Source of the DNA: Chiloscyllium plagiosum
Lineage: Eukaryota
NCBI RefSeq assembly: GCF_004010195.1
Contig: NC_057719.1
Coordinates: 84,859,012 to 84,923,011, forward strand
DNA length: 64,000 bases
Direction of reading: 5' to 3'
Positions within the stretch are counted from its first letter, which is position 1; each line of letters starts with the position of its first letter. The notes beneath the pieces are model-generated. The model ran no database searches and was not told where the DNA came from. It worked only from the letters and a program-made list of their open reading frames with translations. The translations under genes were made by a program, and so were the position numbers. Shown here in pieces: positions 50,768 to 64,000 of the stretch.

Positions 50768-51719
50768 AATTTTTCTAAAAAAAGAGTTGTGGGGAGGGAG
50801 GGGAGGGGTGTACAGGTAGGATTGGAAAAAAGGAATGTTCTACAAGTCCCACAAACAGGAGAGGCATAACTTAAGGTCAAGATGGTTCCCATTGTCAAAT
50901 CTTTTATTTGGAGGAAATGCGACAAGATAAAGAAGAAATTGTTCAATTAGAAGCCAAGCACAGCCAGGTGGAGGAGATGGTGGTGGTGGTGGGTGAGGCT
51001 GTTTGTGACCGTCTTCAAGGAAGAAGCCAAAAGGCCTCAGATTATCCTGGTGTGGATAGAGGTGGAGAGTGATTGCACATCCAACAAGAAGAGAAGGTGG
51101 TCTGGCCTAGGAAAATGGAAATTTTTGAAATGATGTAGAGCATTAGAAGAGTCATGAGGGAGCGACTGGACAAGTGGAGAAAAAAATAGCATCAAGGTAG
51201 AGAGAAATAAGTCAGTGAATACCAAATATGTTCAGCATGAAGCCTGAGAGTTGAATTATTTTAACTTGTTTGCATTGGCAATTGGGAAGAGATATTGTTT
51301 TTCTAAGAGACGCCACAGACCTTGATTCAACCTTGTTGTAAAATTTGTAGAACTAAAACTGTCACTCACAGAAGTGATAAATGGCAAGAAGGTAACTTAT
51401 CCTATTAGAGACATGATTCTCAGAAAAAAAAACATCTTCTGTGTGGAATGGATTGCTTGTGGAATGAAGTGAGGAAATAGTTTCTGCAGAACTCTCTGGG
51501 GTATTATAAGAAAACATAGTTTTGCCACATCCTATAAATAAATGCTAGAATTTTAAAAACTTTTTTCAGTATCATTTTGTGGGGGTGGTAGATTTAACTA
51601 CCGTGATTATGCCAGAGGGTATTGGTACTTGTTTACATTGTTAACTAATTCTTTGAAATGCTGGCCCCACATTTTCATGAGGTTTTATAAATTCAATACG
51701 ATAACACCACGCTCTCATT

Positions 51720-52315
51720 GAATTATAGAATCATACACCACAGAAGGTAATTTGTCCCATCATGCCCATGCTGGTTCTTTGAAAGATCTAGCAATTCATT
51801 GTGCTCTCCTGCTTTTCATTATAGCCCTGAAAATATTTTCTTTTCCATTATTTCCCTAATCTCCTTTTGAAATTACTATTGAATCTGTGTCCATGACGTT
51901 TTCTGATTATACTCGCTGCAGAAACACAGTTTTCTACATCTCTGCTCAGGTTCTTTTTCCTAATTGTCTTGAATGCGTATCATCCATTTATTGACCTTCT
52001 TACCAATGGAAACAATTTATTCCTTTCCACACAGACAAAACGCTCCCTCACAATCATGAGTACCTCCAGGAAAGCAATAGAAAATTGTGATGGCTACTTT
52101 TCCTTTTCTTAAACTGAGTGGCCCGTTTGGACATTCAGTTTAAGGTCAGCGTTGTTGCTATGGGACAGGGATCACATATAGACCAGGGTAAAGAGAAACA
52201 GATTTCTTTCCCAAAAGCTACTAAGAAATTCAATCCAGCTGTATTTTATTAATGAGAATTTGACAATTTCTAGTTACTTTTACTGATACTAGTTTTCTTT
52301 TGTTAATTCCAGATG
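51720..52315 (-). mobile_element. Old CR1 3' fragment (51720-52070) and SINE-like head fragment (52085-52315)
   Basis: ATAGAATCATAC tail; CTGAGTGGCCCGTTTGGAC...GGATCACATATAGACCAG. Confidence 0.6.
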
Positions 52316-52334
52316 CTCCAATTGTACTCAAATT

Positions 52335-52580
52335 AAAAATAAAGAATTGCAGCTGCTGGAAATCTGAAACAAAAACAGAAGTTGATGGAGAAACTCAGCA
52401 GGTCTGACAGTATCTGTGGAGAGAAAGCAGAGTTAACATTTGGAGTCCTGTGACCCACCACAGATGCTGAGTTGCTCCAGCAACTTCTGTTCAAATTTTA
52501 AAATGTTGCTTCCTCTTACTTTGGTTTTCCTTGTGAAGTTCTCCAGCAATTTCCATTTTTGTTTCAGATTTCCAGCGAAA
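52335..52580. mobile_element. PLE-derived inverted units
   Basis: Minus arm 52335-52456 and plus partial arms 52457-52492 and 52535-52576. Confidence 0.7.
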
Positions 52581-53214
52581 CAACAAAAAACATTTCAACA
52601 AAATATGTATTTTTATCAGCAATAGTCAAGTTCTACACTACCAAATGACTGTTTATTTACTTGAGTCAGAGATACCCAGAGAGACAATAAAGAACAAAAT
52701 CAGGTTATCAGCAACATATTTTTACTTACAGGTAAATTAAAAAAAATAAATTATTTAACAAATTTTTCCAAAAGCGCATGAAACCTAAGGTTACGCCATT
52801 TTTCATTTCCAAACACATTGATAATGCTAAATGAGACACAGTCCCACAATTGAACAAGTAGGTAAACCGGATGAGATTGAATAGATTGATAACAGGGTTA
52901 CCAAGTTAGACCATGCTGTTTGCTGAAATGCATAGATTTCTCTCATTGTTTGATTTGATTTGTTTATGCCAGAATATTGCTTCAATAGATGACCATACCA
53001 TAATTTGAATTTGCATTTAAAAACTATCCACATCGTAAACTCTCACAGCGGTAGACGTTTCACAACACAGCTCACTATACCATTGAACATATCATAAATC
53101 TCTGAGTTAACCTGCCTGGTTTAAATTGCATTTCTGTATTTCAGTAGTTTGGTCATTGATGCGCTTAGTGATAGGTTCATCCTGTTGTATCGCTCCTGCA
53201 CCACGTTGATGAAG

Positions 53215-54665
53215 TTCCTAACAGCCCTTTCGCAACTTGGGATATTCTGGGGCATGTTATGAACAATGAAGTAGCTTTGAAGTATAGTTAATGTTGCAAT
53301 TTAGGGAAGACAGCAGCCAAAATGTACATAGCATGCTTCCACAGTCTGTTTGAAAATGGTTATGATCGAGGAGCAAACAGTGGACAGGAAACTCCGGGTA
53401 ATCCCTTGTTTATTTTCTTTGTTAAATCTTTCTTTCGTTATGTGGCCTGAGAGGTTTAATATGATCTTGGTTTAAATCTTATCAGAATGAAAATGCCTCC
53501 CACAAGACATTACTCCCACTGCACTGGGAACATAAAACAGCTGATGTGCTTAAATCTGCAACCTTCTGAGACAAAGTTGAAGATTCAGATCTCATTGCAA
53601 TATTGCTGTCTTCTTTTAAATGAATCTCGGTTATTTGAAAAGACTAGTATCAGTTGAGAGCTGGAGTGGAAGTTGGAGGAATATCGGGGTTGCTGTTTTC
53701 TGGATAAATATATTTGGCCAGGTACCAGTCATTCCACCACAAACAATGTTTCTTTCTCAAAGCATTTGTGCAGGAATTTCCTTCTTTGAGGATTAGTCAT
53801 GTGTTTGTGGTTGTTTTGCTGTTGGATTATTGTCAAGTTTATACAAAGATATACAAATCATAAATCCATCAGTAACACCAATTCACAATGTCCCATCTAA
53901 TTGCTGGTTAGATGAAACTGGCCAAGGACCAGTCTTTGAGACTGTGAAATTACTTATGTATTATCACACTTGATGCTCACTCTGATGAGTTAATGCAACA
54001 AGGAAACACCTATAGCACTTGAGACTGTACTACAGGCATCTGTAAACAAGATAAACAATGAGATTTGTGTTCTGCACTGTACTCTTAGTACTTGAACAGT
54101 GAAGCCAAAACTCAGTGTCTATATCAAACAAATAGTGGGTGGTGAACTTGTCCTGTCCTTTCCTGTACCTCTAAAGGGGAAATTTCATTAAGTAGCTACT
54201 TGTTTTTCTAGAAATGTTATTTATTTCATGCTGTCCTTGACAGCAGTGGCTGATAGAGTCTTGTCTCTAAGTGAGATGTTTAAGGTTCCACTCCAGAGAT
54301 TTGAGTCAAATGTTTAGATTGAAACCTTGGTGCACTACTAGGGGAATTGCTGTCTATTGGATGGGATGATATCCAATATCCTGTTGGCTCCATCTGTGAA
54401 AGATTCCTTGCCTCTATTTTGAAGGAGAGCAGTGGGGTTCTCCGTGGTCTCTAGGAAATATTATCCCTCAAGCAGCACCTGTAACACACAATATGATCAT
54501 GAACTGAATGCTTTTTTTATGGGAGCTTGCTGTGTGCAAATTGGCTGCCATTTTTCTTACACCACAATGGTGACAATACCTCAGAATTATTATATTGGCT
54601 GTGATGCTCTTTGGGATGCCTCCAAATGGTGAAAGATCCTATATAGATAAAAGTCTTCCTTTTCC
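53215..54665. mobile_element. Two Deu-domain SINEs: 53215-53575 (-) and 54240-54665 (+)
   Basis: TGGGAGCTTGCTGTGTGCAAATTGGCTGCC core and related reverse copy. Confidence 0.7.
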
Positions 54666-55079
54666 TTCTGGACTGCAGTTATCTTGGCCAAATCATAACA
54701 TAGAACAGTACAGCATAGTACAGGCCAATTATCCTACTCTAAGATCAGACTAGCCTACATACCCTTCATTGTACTATCTTCCATGTGCCTATCCAAGATC
54801 TGAGTTGAAAATACCTGTAGTTTGTTTTGCAAGAGAAATGAACAATTTATAATCAGAGATCAAAAAACATTGCTTCACTTCTCTTATCCTCAAAATATCT
54901 CTGAAAAAAAGTTATTCATTTCATTTAGGAGGAAATCATAAGCACAATTACATCTGTTGCAAGAATTAGAGCATTGAAATTACATTTTCCAAACAAAATG
55001 CTCCTTTGTACTCACTCCTGGAAAAAAAAACTACAACATTTGGGGAAATAATATTCAATTTCTGTTCTGCAATATGGAA

Positions 55080-56830
55080 GTTACTAGCAAAGTGTATGTG
55101 GTATGTTTACATTTTTAGAGTCTCTTGATAAGACTACGGGGAGAATGCGGGTAAGTGGAGTTGAAATGCCTATCAGCCATGATCGAATGGCGGAGTGGAC
55201 TCGATGGGCCGAATGGCCTTACTTCCGCTCCTATGTCTTATGGTCTAAGACCTGACACAGGTTTATAAACAAAATTACATCAATTGGGAAAGGGGATAAC
55301 ATGCTGGCCTGAATTCAGGATTGGCAAACGAATAAAAAACAAAGCAATAAATGGGGCATTCTCAAATTTGCAGGCTATAATTAGTAGTGTGTTTCAAGGA
55401 TCAGTGCTAAGACCCAGATGTTCACACAATCTCTGTTAATGATTTGGATGCAGGTACAAATTGTACATTTTCCAAGTTTGCAATGGAACAAAATATGTGT
55501 TGTGCGAATGATGGAAAGAGGCTTCAAATGGATTTGGACAGATTGAGAGAGTGAGCAAAAAATGATACACATAATGTGGATTAGTGTGAGATTATCCACT
55601 TTGGTATGAGGAACAGAGAGGCAGTTTATTTCTTAAATTGAAAAGTTTTATTTTCCAATAGAACCTTGATGTCCTTGTTCATAATTCACCAAAAGCGAGC
55701 ATGCAGGTTAATCGAGGAAGACAAATGATATGTTACCCTTTTATTACGAAATGATTTTAGTACAGGAATAAAGCTTCAATTGTATGGAACCTTGGGAAGA
55801 CCACACCTGGAGTGTTGTGTGTATTTTGGACTCCTTACTTAGGGAAGGATATATGTTCTACAGGAGAAGTGCAGTGAAAGTCCACCCTACTGTCCTGAAA
55901 GGTGGCATTGAGGAGACTGGGTCTGTATTCTCTAGAGTTTAGAAGAATGAGAGGTAATCTCTCTGACACTTAAGGAATAGAATGGGCAGATGCAGAAAGA
56001 ATGTTTCCTATGCCAGTAGGGGAGAGGTTGGTCATGTTGGTCTGGAACTAGTGGACACAGGTCTCAGAATAAAGGTCAGACAATGTAAGATAGATGAGGA
56101 AGAGCTTCTTTGTTCAGAAAATAGCGAGTCTTTGGAATTTTCTACCTCAGAAGGCTATGCAAATTCAAGCATTGAATATGTTCACGAAAGAAACTGACAG
56201 ACTTCTAGAAACTAATGACATCAAGGGAAATGGGGATAGTGTGCAAAAACGGTATTGAGGTAGTTGATCAGCCATTGAACTAGAATTGTGAAGCAGGCTC
56301 AAGGGTTGAATAGCTTACTGTTGCTCCATTTAATTAAATGGAATTGGAGTAAAGATGCAATTACTCTTAAAATTAAAATCTTGAAGTACTTCAACTCTGT
56401 GGATTTGCAAATGTATGAATCACTTTAAAATCGTGATGATCAAAATGGAAAGTTTATTTGTCATGAATGAAAATCCACAATTTTATATGGTCCATGAATG
56501 GTGACTCTTTTACAGAGGGTATACAGACCCTTTTAAAGACTCTTTTACAGAAGGTGAGAGGGGAGAGAGTTAAAAGGGACCCAAGAGGCATCTTTTTCAC
56601 ACATAAGATGCCGTATGTATGGAACGAGTTGCCAGAGGAAGTGGTGGATTTGGATACAATTGCAACATTTAAAAGACATCTGGGTGGGTCCATGAATAAG
56701 AAGGGTTTAGAGGGATCTGGACCAAATGCTGGTAAACTGGACTAACTCAGTTTAGACTATCTGGTTGGTATGGACAAGTTGGATCAAAGGGTCCATTTAC
56801 ATGCTGTTTAACTCAATGACTACGACTCCA
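55080..56830 (+). mobile_element. CR1 fragments: old copy 55080-56330 with a young 3' piece at ~55135-55245; another at 56550-56830
   Basis: QGSVL, LGRPHLE, WNELPEEVV; young piece bounded by TAAGAC. Confidence 0.85.
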
Positions 56831-57199
56831 TGCTGAGGGTCCAAGCCCTTTTCTAACCCTCTTTGCCTCTCTCTTTCATTCCTTTGAGAAGCTCCTAAAA
56901 CTAACCTTTTCAACCAAATTTTGTTCATCTTCCTAATTTCTCAGTTTATAGCTTGGCATCAAATTGTGTCTTATCGCAAGGATGAATTAGTTAGCCAGAG
57001 AATGCCCAGATACACTTAAAAGCTGTGAATTAAAAATTATTATAATGTTTTGTCTCAAACTCCTTATCAGGCAGAAGAAATTGGCTATTTCTACCAATTT
57101 AGTTTCCTACCAATCTAAGTATTATGCAATGAGAAAGGGATAGTTAATGATCTTGAAAAATAAACTTCAGAGAATAGTGACCATTGTAGGATAGAATTT

Positions 57200-59045
57200 C
57201 TATTGCATTTGAAAAATGTGTCATTCAATCTGATTCAAGGGTGCTAAATCTAAACAAGGACAATATGAGGAATTTAGCTGCAGTGGATTGGAAAAGATTT
57301 GATGGTAGGCAATGGCTAGTATTTAATGAATTAATCCTTAATTCTAAAAAAAAGGATATGTCCTTTAAGTCTGAAAGACCCAACAGGAAAAGTGACAGAG
57401 CCACAGATAATGAAATAAGTTTAAGATAGTACCAGATCAAAGAAGGCTTATAAATTGCTAAAATAACTTAGTAAGCTTGAGCATTGGGAGAAATTTATAA
57501 TTTGGCAGAGGAAGACAAAGAAATTGATAAAGAAAGAACAAAATATGAATGTAAACTAGCAATAAACATAAGAATGGATTATAAAAACTTATAAAGGTAT
57601 GTTTAAAGGATAAGATCAGCAAAGACAAATTGAAGGTCCACTCTGCTCAGAGACAGGACATTTTATAATTGGAATTTGCGAAACAACAGAGAAGTTAAAT
57701 AAGTACTTTGTGTCAATATTCAAGGTGGAAGATACAAGCAGTTTCTTTGAATAATTGAAATTCAAGTTCCCAATGAGAGTGAAGAACTAGAAAATATATA
57801 TATATTCATAAAAAAGTAATTTGGAGCAATTAATGGGATAGCAAGACCCACTGATCATCATGCAAGGATGTTAAAGAAATAATGATGTATTGCTGATCAT
57901 GCTGCAATGATACCTGCAGATTGGAAGGCTGCAAATGCAATTCCACTGTTTAAGAAAGGAGTGAGAGAGAGAGAAAACAATGAACTACAGACCTGTTAGC
58001 CTGATGTCAGTAGTCACGGAAATACTAAAATCTGTCCGAATAGATGTGTGTTTGGATATTTAGAAAATAATTGTCAAATTGGGTTGAGTCCATATGGATT
58101 TATGAAAGGAGAAATCAAATTTGGCAAAAATACTGTGTTTTGATGATGTTACTTGTAGAGTTGATCATAAGGAACCAGTAGATGTGGTGATTTGGATTTT
58201 CAGAAAGCTTTCAATAAATTCCCAACACAGGAGGTTAGTAAAAACATTAAGGTGCATGGAATTAGGAAGTACTATAACAGCCTGGATTGAGGATTTGGCA
58301 AAGGTAGAAAACAAGATGTAAATGACTCAGTCTAAGGTTGGCAGACTGTGACAAATGAGGATTAGTGCTTGGCCTCCAGCTTTCACAATACAGAACAACC
58401 TTGATTATCTGAATGAGATGGGCGGGGAGTATTTTGTTCAGGTAACTGATTGCTCAGATAACTGATCTGATCGTAAACAAGCGGTAATTTATGAGCGCTG
58501 GTTTTCTGAACATTTCTCGGCGATCTGGCGATGCATGCCATAATGCCATTTAACTGATAACTGAATGCTGAGTTGCCTAAGGCTGTTTTTACAAGACCCT
58601 GAGATCTTGTTCGGATAATCTGAAATTTGGATAACTAATGTTCGGATAATCGAGGTTCTCCCTGTAATTGCCACAGAGAGAATACAGCAGATATCCACCA
58701 AACTGATTCCTGGGAACTTGGGATTCCTCCATGCTGAGAGATCTTGGAGATTGGTCCAAAGTTCTCTGGAGCTTCCAATATTGAAAGGTGATCTCTGAGA
58801 AATTTAGAAAATTCATAAAGGAAAAACAGGTTAGATGTAAAAAGGATGGGATCTAGACCTCAGGACTAAAAGGCAAAACATTTAGGACTGAGAGGAGGAA
58901 CATTTTCATTCAGAGGATGGTGAATTTGGAATTCATCAGAGGTCTGAGGAAAGTCAATTATCAAGAGACTTCAAGACAGACACTGATAGATTTCTACTTA
59001 CTAATGACATATGGGAATGGTAGAAGAATATAGTGTTGAGAGGAT
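57200..59045 (+). mobile_element. Long decayed CR1 ORF2
   Basis: IPADWKAANAIPLFKKG..NYRPVSLMSVV; DFQKAF. Confidence 0.85.
58391..58664. mobile_element. Tc1/mariner (Tigger-like) MITE nested in CR1
   Basis: TA flanks; TIRs CAGAACAACCTTGATTATCTGAA / TTCGGATAATCGAGGTTCTCCCTG; internal repeats of GGATAA. Confidence 0.85.
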
Positions 59046-59339
59046 GGACAGTCATAATGAACTAACCATTATTGGTGCATGGAGCAGAGGCCATATTAGC
59101 ACTTAAGAGCTGGTGGATGAAAAAAATGAGATAAAGGGATATGGGAAGAGGGTACTCATTTTGAATTAGGATTATTACTCATTATGTGGAAGATAAACAC
59201 CAATTAGTTGAGCCCAACAGTCTGTTTTTGGTTTACCATTTCCATATACTCTCTGTATAGTAGACTTCCTTCTACAGTGACCATGCTGTAGGACCTTAAC
59301 AACACTAATCCTTCATGTATAAAGCATGAGAACTTCTAT

Positions 59340-60080
59340 GTTACATAAGTGCCAGGCAATGACCATCTCCAACAAGACAGAATGTAACCATTGCCTCTTG
59401 GTTTTCAATAACTATTGTTGAATTCCCCCACTATCGACATCGTAGAGTTAGGATTGACCAAAAATTAAATTGTAACAGCCACGTAAACACTCTAGCAACA
59501 AAGGCAGGTCTGAAACTAGGAATCCTACAGTGAGAACTCACCTCCAGATTCCCCAAAGCCTGTCCATTATCTATGAGTCAGGAGTGTAATGGAATACTCC
59601 CACTTGCCTGGATGGGTGCAGCTCCAACAGCACTCAAGAAGCTTGACACCATCCAAGACAATGCAGTCTGTTTGATTGGCACCCCACTTCAATAGTCATT
59701 CTTCCCCACGAACGCACAGTAGCAGCATTGTGGAGCATCTACAAGTTACACTGAAAACTCACCTACATTCCTCCAAAAGCACTTTCCAAACATATGACCT
59801 CTACAACCTAGAAGGGCAAGGGCAACAGATACTTGGAGTGGATATCAATTACAAACTTATTTCCAAGCCACACACAATCCTGACTTGGAAAAATATCACA
59901 GTTTCTTCCTTGTCATTAGATTAAAATGCTGTAACTTTGTTCCCAAACGTACAGTGGGTGGCCCTACACCCCAAGGATTTACAGCAGTTCAAGAAGGCAG
60001 CTCACCACCATCATCTCCAGAGCAATTTGTAAGGGCAATAAATGCTGGCCGAGCCAGCAATATGCAAAACTGATAATGAA
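59340..60080 (+). mobile_element. CR1/L2-group LINE 3' fragment (distinct from HER1)
   Basis: KCQAMTISNK, AWMGAAPTALKKLDTIQDNA; tail GGGCAATAAATGCTGGCC. Confidence 0.8.
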
Positions 60081-60409
60081 TTTCATAAAAGTACTATTCT
60101 TATCTGGGTAACGGATAATGCAGTCAAACTTAGCTGGAGCAAAACCATAGAGCAAAGGAATTAATGGAATTTATTATTTACAGTGTGCTGTGGAGAAAAA
60201 TGAAAAGACAGAAAATAGACATTTATACACATTTGTAACACATCTTTCACAACCTCCAAGCTCTTTACAGCCAAAAAAGCCCCTTTTTGGGACCAATTTA
60301 CAATATCTAAGTTTATACTCCAATAAAGTACTGAGAGAGTGCTATATTGTCTGTTTTTGGATCCCACAAGCAGTACTAAAATAAATGCAGATTATCATGC
60401 TTTGGTGCA

Positions 60410-60635
60410 GAGCATTCTTGCCCTTTGAATTGTTCCACAGGATCTTTTGTATCCACCTGAGTTGGGAATTTGGGGTCTTGCATTTACAGTTTCATCCACT
60501 GCATCTTCAGCAGTGAAATTCCTTCAGCACTGAGCTGGGTTGTCAGTCTGGATTATGTGCTCAAAGCATCTGGAGTGTGACTTAAGGCCACAATCTCCTG
60601 ACTCAGGCAAGTGTGCTACCAACTGAGCCACAGCT
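60410..60635 (-). mobile_element. Deu-domain SINE 5' half
   Basis: GGATCTTTTGTATCCACCTGAG...CTGACTCAGGCAAGTGTGCTACCAACTGAGCCAC. Confidence 0.7.
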
Positions 60636-61019
60636 GCAGCTCGCTCAGTAAACAAATCTGCAGATGTGTTTACTGACAAATATTTTAGAAGGGTATGCCA
60701 AGCATTTGTTAAAAATTACAACTACATATTTAATGATGAGTGATGTCCTCAGTGTGTTCCAACTCTACTTTGTGGTGAAGAGAACCATCCCTCTAATGGA
60801 TAATAGCTACTAACTTTCTGCTCCTGATCCTGGGGAACCTAGCCACCATTCCCAGTTTTCCATCCCTGATTCTACTTTCCCATTTTCCAATCCCAGTCCT
60901 CCACTCTGTATTATTCACTCACAGAATGGGATAAGATTCATGAAACCTTCAACATGAAGGTGATGGTTTTGTATCATGTCTGGAATAATTATACTATCTT
61001 GGATAGTCTGATGTAACAT

Positions 61020-62570
61020 AGATATAGAGTCATAGAGACGATTTGGTCCATCATGTTTATGCTAGTCATTGAGCAACTATCTACTCTAGTCCCATTTTCC
61101 AACACTTGGCCCATAGCCTTGCATGCTATGGTGTTTCAATTGTTTATGTAAATACTACTTAAATGTTGTGCCACCCTTCCAAACAGTGAGTTTTAAGTAC
61201 CACTGCCAACTTGATTATGGTGTACAATTCCACCCAATCCCTGCAACCCCAGTCCCTAACACCACCAAGGTATTTATATTCCTCTAATCCCTCTAAATTT
61301 CCTTCAACTTACCTTAAATTTATGCTCCTGGTTATTGGTCTCTCTACAGTGAGGAAAACCTTACTTCGATCCACTGTATCTTTGCCCCTCATCATTCTGT
61401 ACACCATAATCAGGTCCCCTTCAGCCTTTTCTACTGTGAGGAAAACAATCCCAGCCTTGTTTTTTAAAAATCTTCTCACAGTTGAAATGCTCCAATCCAG
61501 GAAACATCCTGGTGAATGTCTTCTGTACCCTCACTCATGCAAACACATCCTTCTTACAGTGGGGTGATCAGAATCGCACACAATATTACAGATGTGGCTT
61601 AATTAACTTCTTATATAGCTGTATCATAACTTTCGTGCTCTTGCATTCAATGTTTCGATTAATAAATGCAAGTATTGCATATACCTTCTTACCCACTTTA
61701 TCCATCTGACCTGTTGCCTTCAAGGATCTATGGACATGCACACCAACAGTCCCTCTATCTTTTTGTATTTCCTAAGGTCATACCTTTAATCACGTATTCT
61801 CTTGCCTTGTTATTCCTTCCAAAATGCATCACCTCTCACGTGTGAGGGTTAAATTTTATTTGCCACTGTTCTGATCAGTCCATATATATTATTCTGTAGT
61901 CTGAGGCAATCCTCATTATTTACCACACTATCAATTTTCATGTCATATCTCTTACATTTATGTCTAGGTGTTTAATCTACACAACAAACAGCAAGGGACC
62001 AACCCTGCAGTAAGGCATTTGACTTCGGCTTCCAGTCACAAAAAATAATCATCGATCATCATCCTCTGCTTCCTGTTATTAAACCAATTTTGGATCTGAT
62101 TTACCAAATTGCCCCGGATCCCATGCATTCTTACCTTCTTGATCCGTGCAAGACCTTGTCAAAAGCCCATGTAAATTACATCAACAGAAATACCTCCCTT
62201 ACACACACAAACACACCTTGAAAAATTCATTCAAATTTTGTTAGATTTGATGCCCCCTGAGAAAGCAATAAATCCTTGCCTGTCCAAGTGGTGATTAATT
62301 CTGTCCTTTACAGTCTTTCTCAATAGTTTTCCTATTTTAGAACCACTGGCCTGTAGTTTCCTAATTTATTCTTACCAAGTTCCTAATTTATTGAGTTATG
62401 GTAAATATCACTAAAATGTACTTTTACCACTTGCCCAGCTTTGTCGTATAAAGTTAGATCCATAAGAACATAAAAACTAGGAGCAGGAGTAGATCATCTA
62501 TCCCTTCGAACACACTCGCCATTCAGTAAGATCATGGTGGATATTTTCATGGCCTCAACTCCACTTGGAG
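61020..62570 (-). mobile_element. CR1 fragments (61020-62375 and 62460-62570)
   Basis: CCAAAATGCATCACCTC (EVMHFG on minus); tails ATAGAGTCATAGAG and CATAAGAACATA. Confidence 0.85.
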
Positions 62571-62949
62571 CCACATCTTGTACAGCCTAACATGGTCCAT
62601 GATGTTGATTCTATTCATTTACCACTTTGGATAGCTTATGGCAAGGTGATTACACATTGGCCCAAGATAGGGGGTCATTTCAGGGCCTAATAACTAGGAC
62701 TATTGTGCTTAAGTCAGAGGTTGAGATTGCTGTGCTAGGGTCAGGAGGTGGGGTGGTATGGGGCTGCTGAGTTCGGGCTGGAGTTAGGGTAAGTGTTGGT
62801 GAAGGAGAAGATACAGGCAGGGCTGCTGTACCCGGATCAATGGTAAGGCCACCAGTGGCTAGGAACAGCACTGGGGTCAGTGATTTCTGTCTCCGCCCTT
62901 GCCTATCCATCCTCCCATGTCTAAGGAATCCCAAATGTTTTGCATTGCA

Positions 62950-63450
62950 CTGACTGATTTTTGGCCTTGATTTCTACCAGGGTAAAGAATCTGATTCCCT
63001 GTTCCAAAGCTGACGTATCATTCGATTGACAATTGTGATAACTTCATGTCCCTCACACAGATTGCTATATGATCTCTAAGTAATGTAACTGTCAAAGCTT
63101 CATAGCTACAATATCCTCTGTTTGATATAAATCCATTGAAAATGCTGCTATCAATTCTCCAAAGTGCTGCGATAACCAGTTAAATTTTGCCTGTTTTATC
63201 ACTAAATTTCTTAGAGTGCTAAACAATGCATTGAATGAGATAATCAACGCATGATCCTCTATAGTACTTTCTTCCACATTTTTTCTTACCAGGTCATCAC
63301 TGGCTATTCAGTCTGCTGTACATAAAAATAGATGGGGCTTCATGTGCCTGCTTCTTAGCACCTTAAGTCTGACAACATTCTTTGGCACTGAAACTAAAAT
63401 TGGCTTATTGTGGGGTTTCAACATTGCTAAATCATCAAGTCTCTATAGAC
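62950..63450 (-). mobile_element. Gypsy gag fossil
   Basis: DDLVRKNVEESTIE...RNLVIKQAKFNWLSQHFGELIAAFSMDLY..CSYEAL..LLRDHIAICVRD. Confidence 0.7.
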
Positions 63451-64000
63451 TATCACACCAGACTAATCTGGGTGATTTCTTCTTCTTTCTATTGATATAT
63501 TCTGATTCTGTGTTTGCCTCACCAGAGTATTGCCAGGCATCAATGTCACCCGAGATTCATTTTCCTAATCTTCAGAGTCTTCCCAGTCTGTAGCCCTGAA
63601 ATCAAAATCTTTTGAGGTCTTAGTCTGCCTTTAAGAGTCTTTCTGCTTTTTTTTCTCTCATTTTCACCTTTTAAGCCTTTCAAGGTCTTGTCCTGTCTTT
63701 GGAATCTTCCCATTTTCAGCTATGGCTTTAGTAGCTCTGGGTCTCTGCATATACACTATGCCTGAGGCTTCTTGCTCCTTATATCTAAGTAAGGTTCTTT
63801 GGCTCCTTTCCATTATTTACAACTGTACACAGGCTGCGTTTTCAGGGTATTCCATCGTTCCTTAATCAGCTTTCCCTGATCCCAGGAGTCGTTAACTGAA
63901 CTGTGATGAGCTTTGTCTTTATTTTATTTTTTAAAAATTATTATGTATGACTTCTGTTAATATAGGCATTGTGTATAAAACTTTTCACTGTATTTTTCAT

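Larger units (their letters stand above)
49100..51200 (-). mobile_element. Old Penelope-like element (RT to 3' end), interrupted at 50165-50767
   Basis: FHFPRPDHLLFLLDVQSLSTSIH; LTMGT..SYA; PFVLSFHLTSLCMQRITLRYFCHLQYD; terminal unit 49100-49230. Confidence 0.8.

Noticed and set aside
1-64000. CRISPR arrays, operons or prokaryotic defence systems
   Set aside because: The sequence is vertebrate repeat-rich DNA with no regularly spaced repeat-spacer array or intact gene cluster

Overview
Eukaryotic, AT-rich, CpG-depleted and repeat-dense DNA, almost certainly from a cartilaginous fish (shark). The basis is many HE1-type V-SINEs sharing 3' tails with CR1/HER1 LINEs, Deu-domain SINEs, and shark-type Penelope-like elements (PLEs). 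No recognisable host protein-coding gene, tRNA, rRNA or CRISPR array was found, so the window reads as intergenic or deep intronic. The recognisable ORFs in the track are decayed retroelement fragments. Main contents: about 25 CR1 fragments; a near full-length but decayed Gmr1-like (SCAN-gag) LTR retrotransposon (9120-16618, minus); a Copia gag-protease fossil of GalEa type; two further Gypsy gag fossils; an RTE fossil; two Tc1/mariner MITEs; four PLE coding remnants; and about 10 short PLE-derived units, many carrying hammerhead-ribozyme cores. Several of the PLE units are inserted as asymmetric palindromes bounded by 12-14 bp target-site duplications, which is the most interesting signal here. 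There is one 527-bp assembly gap. Family names come from motif recognition by eye, and repeat boundaries are approximate (about +/-20 bp unless termini or TSDs are quoted).
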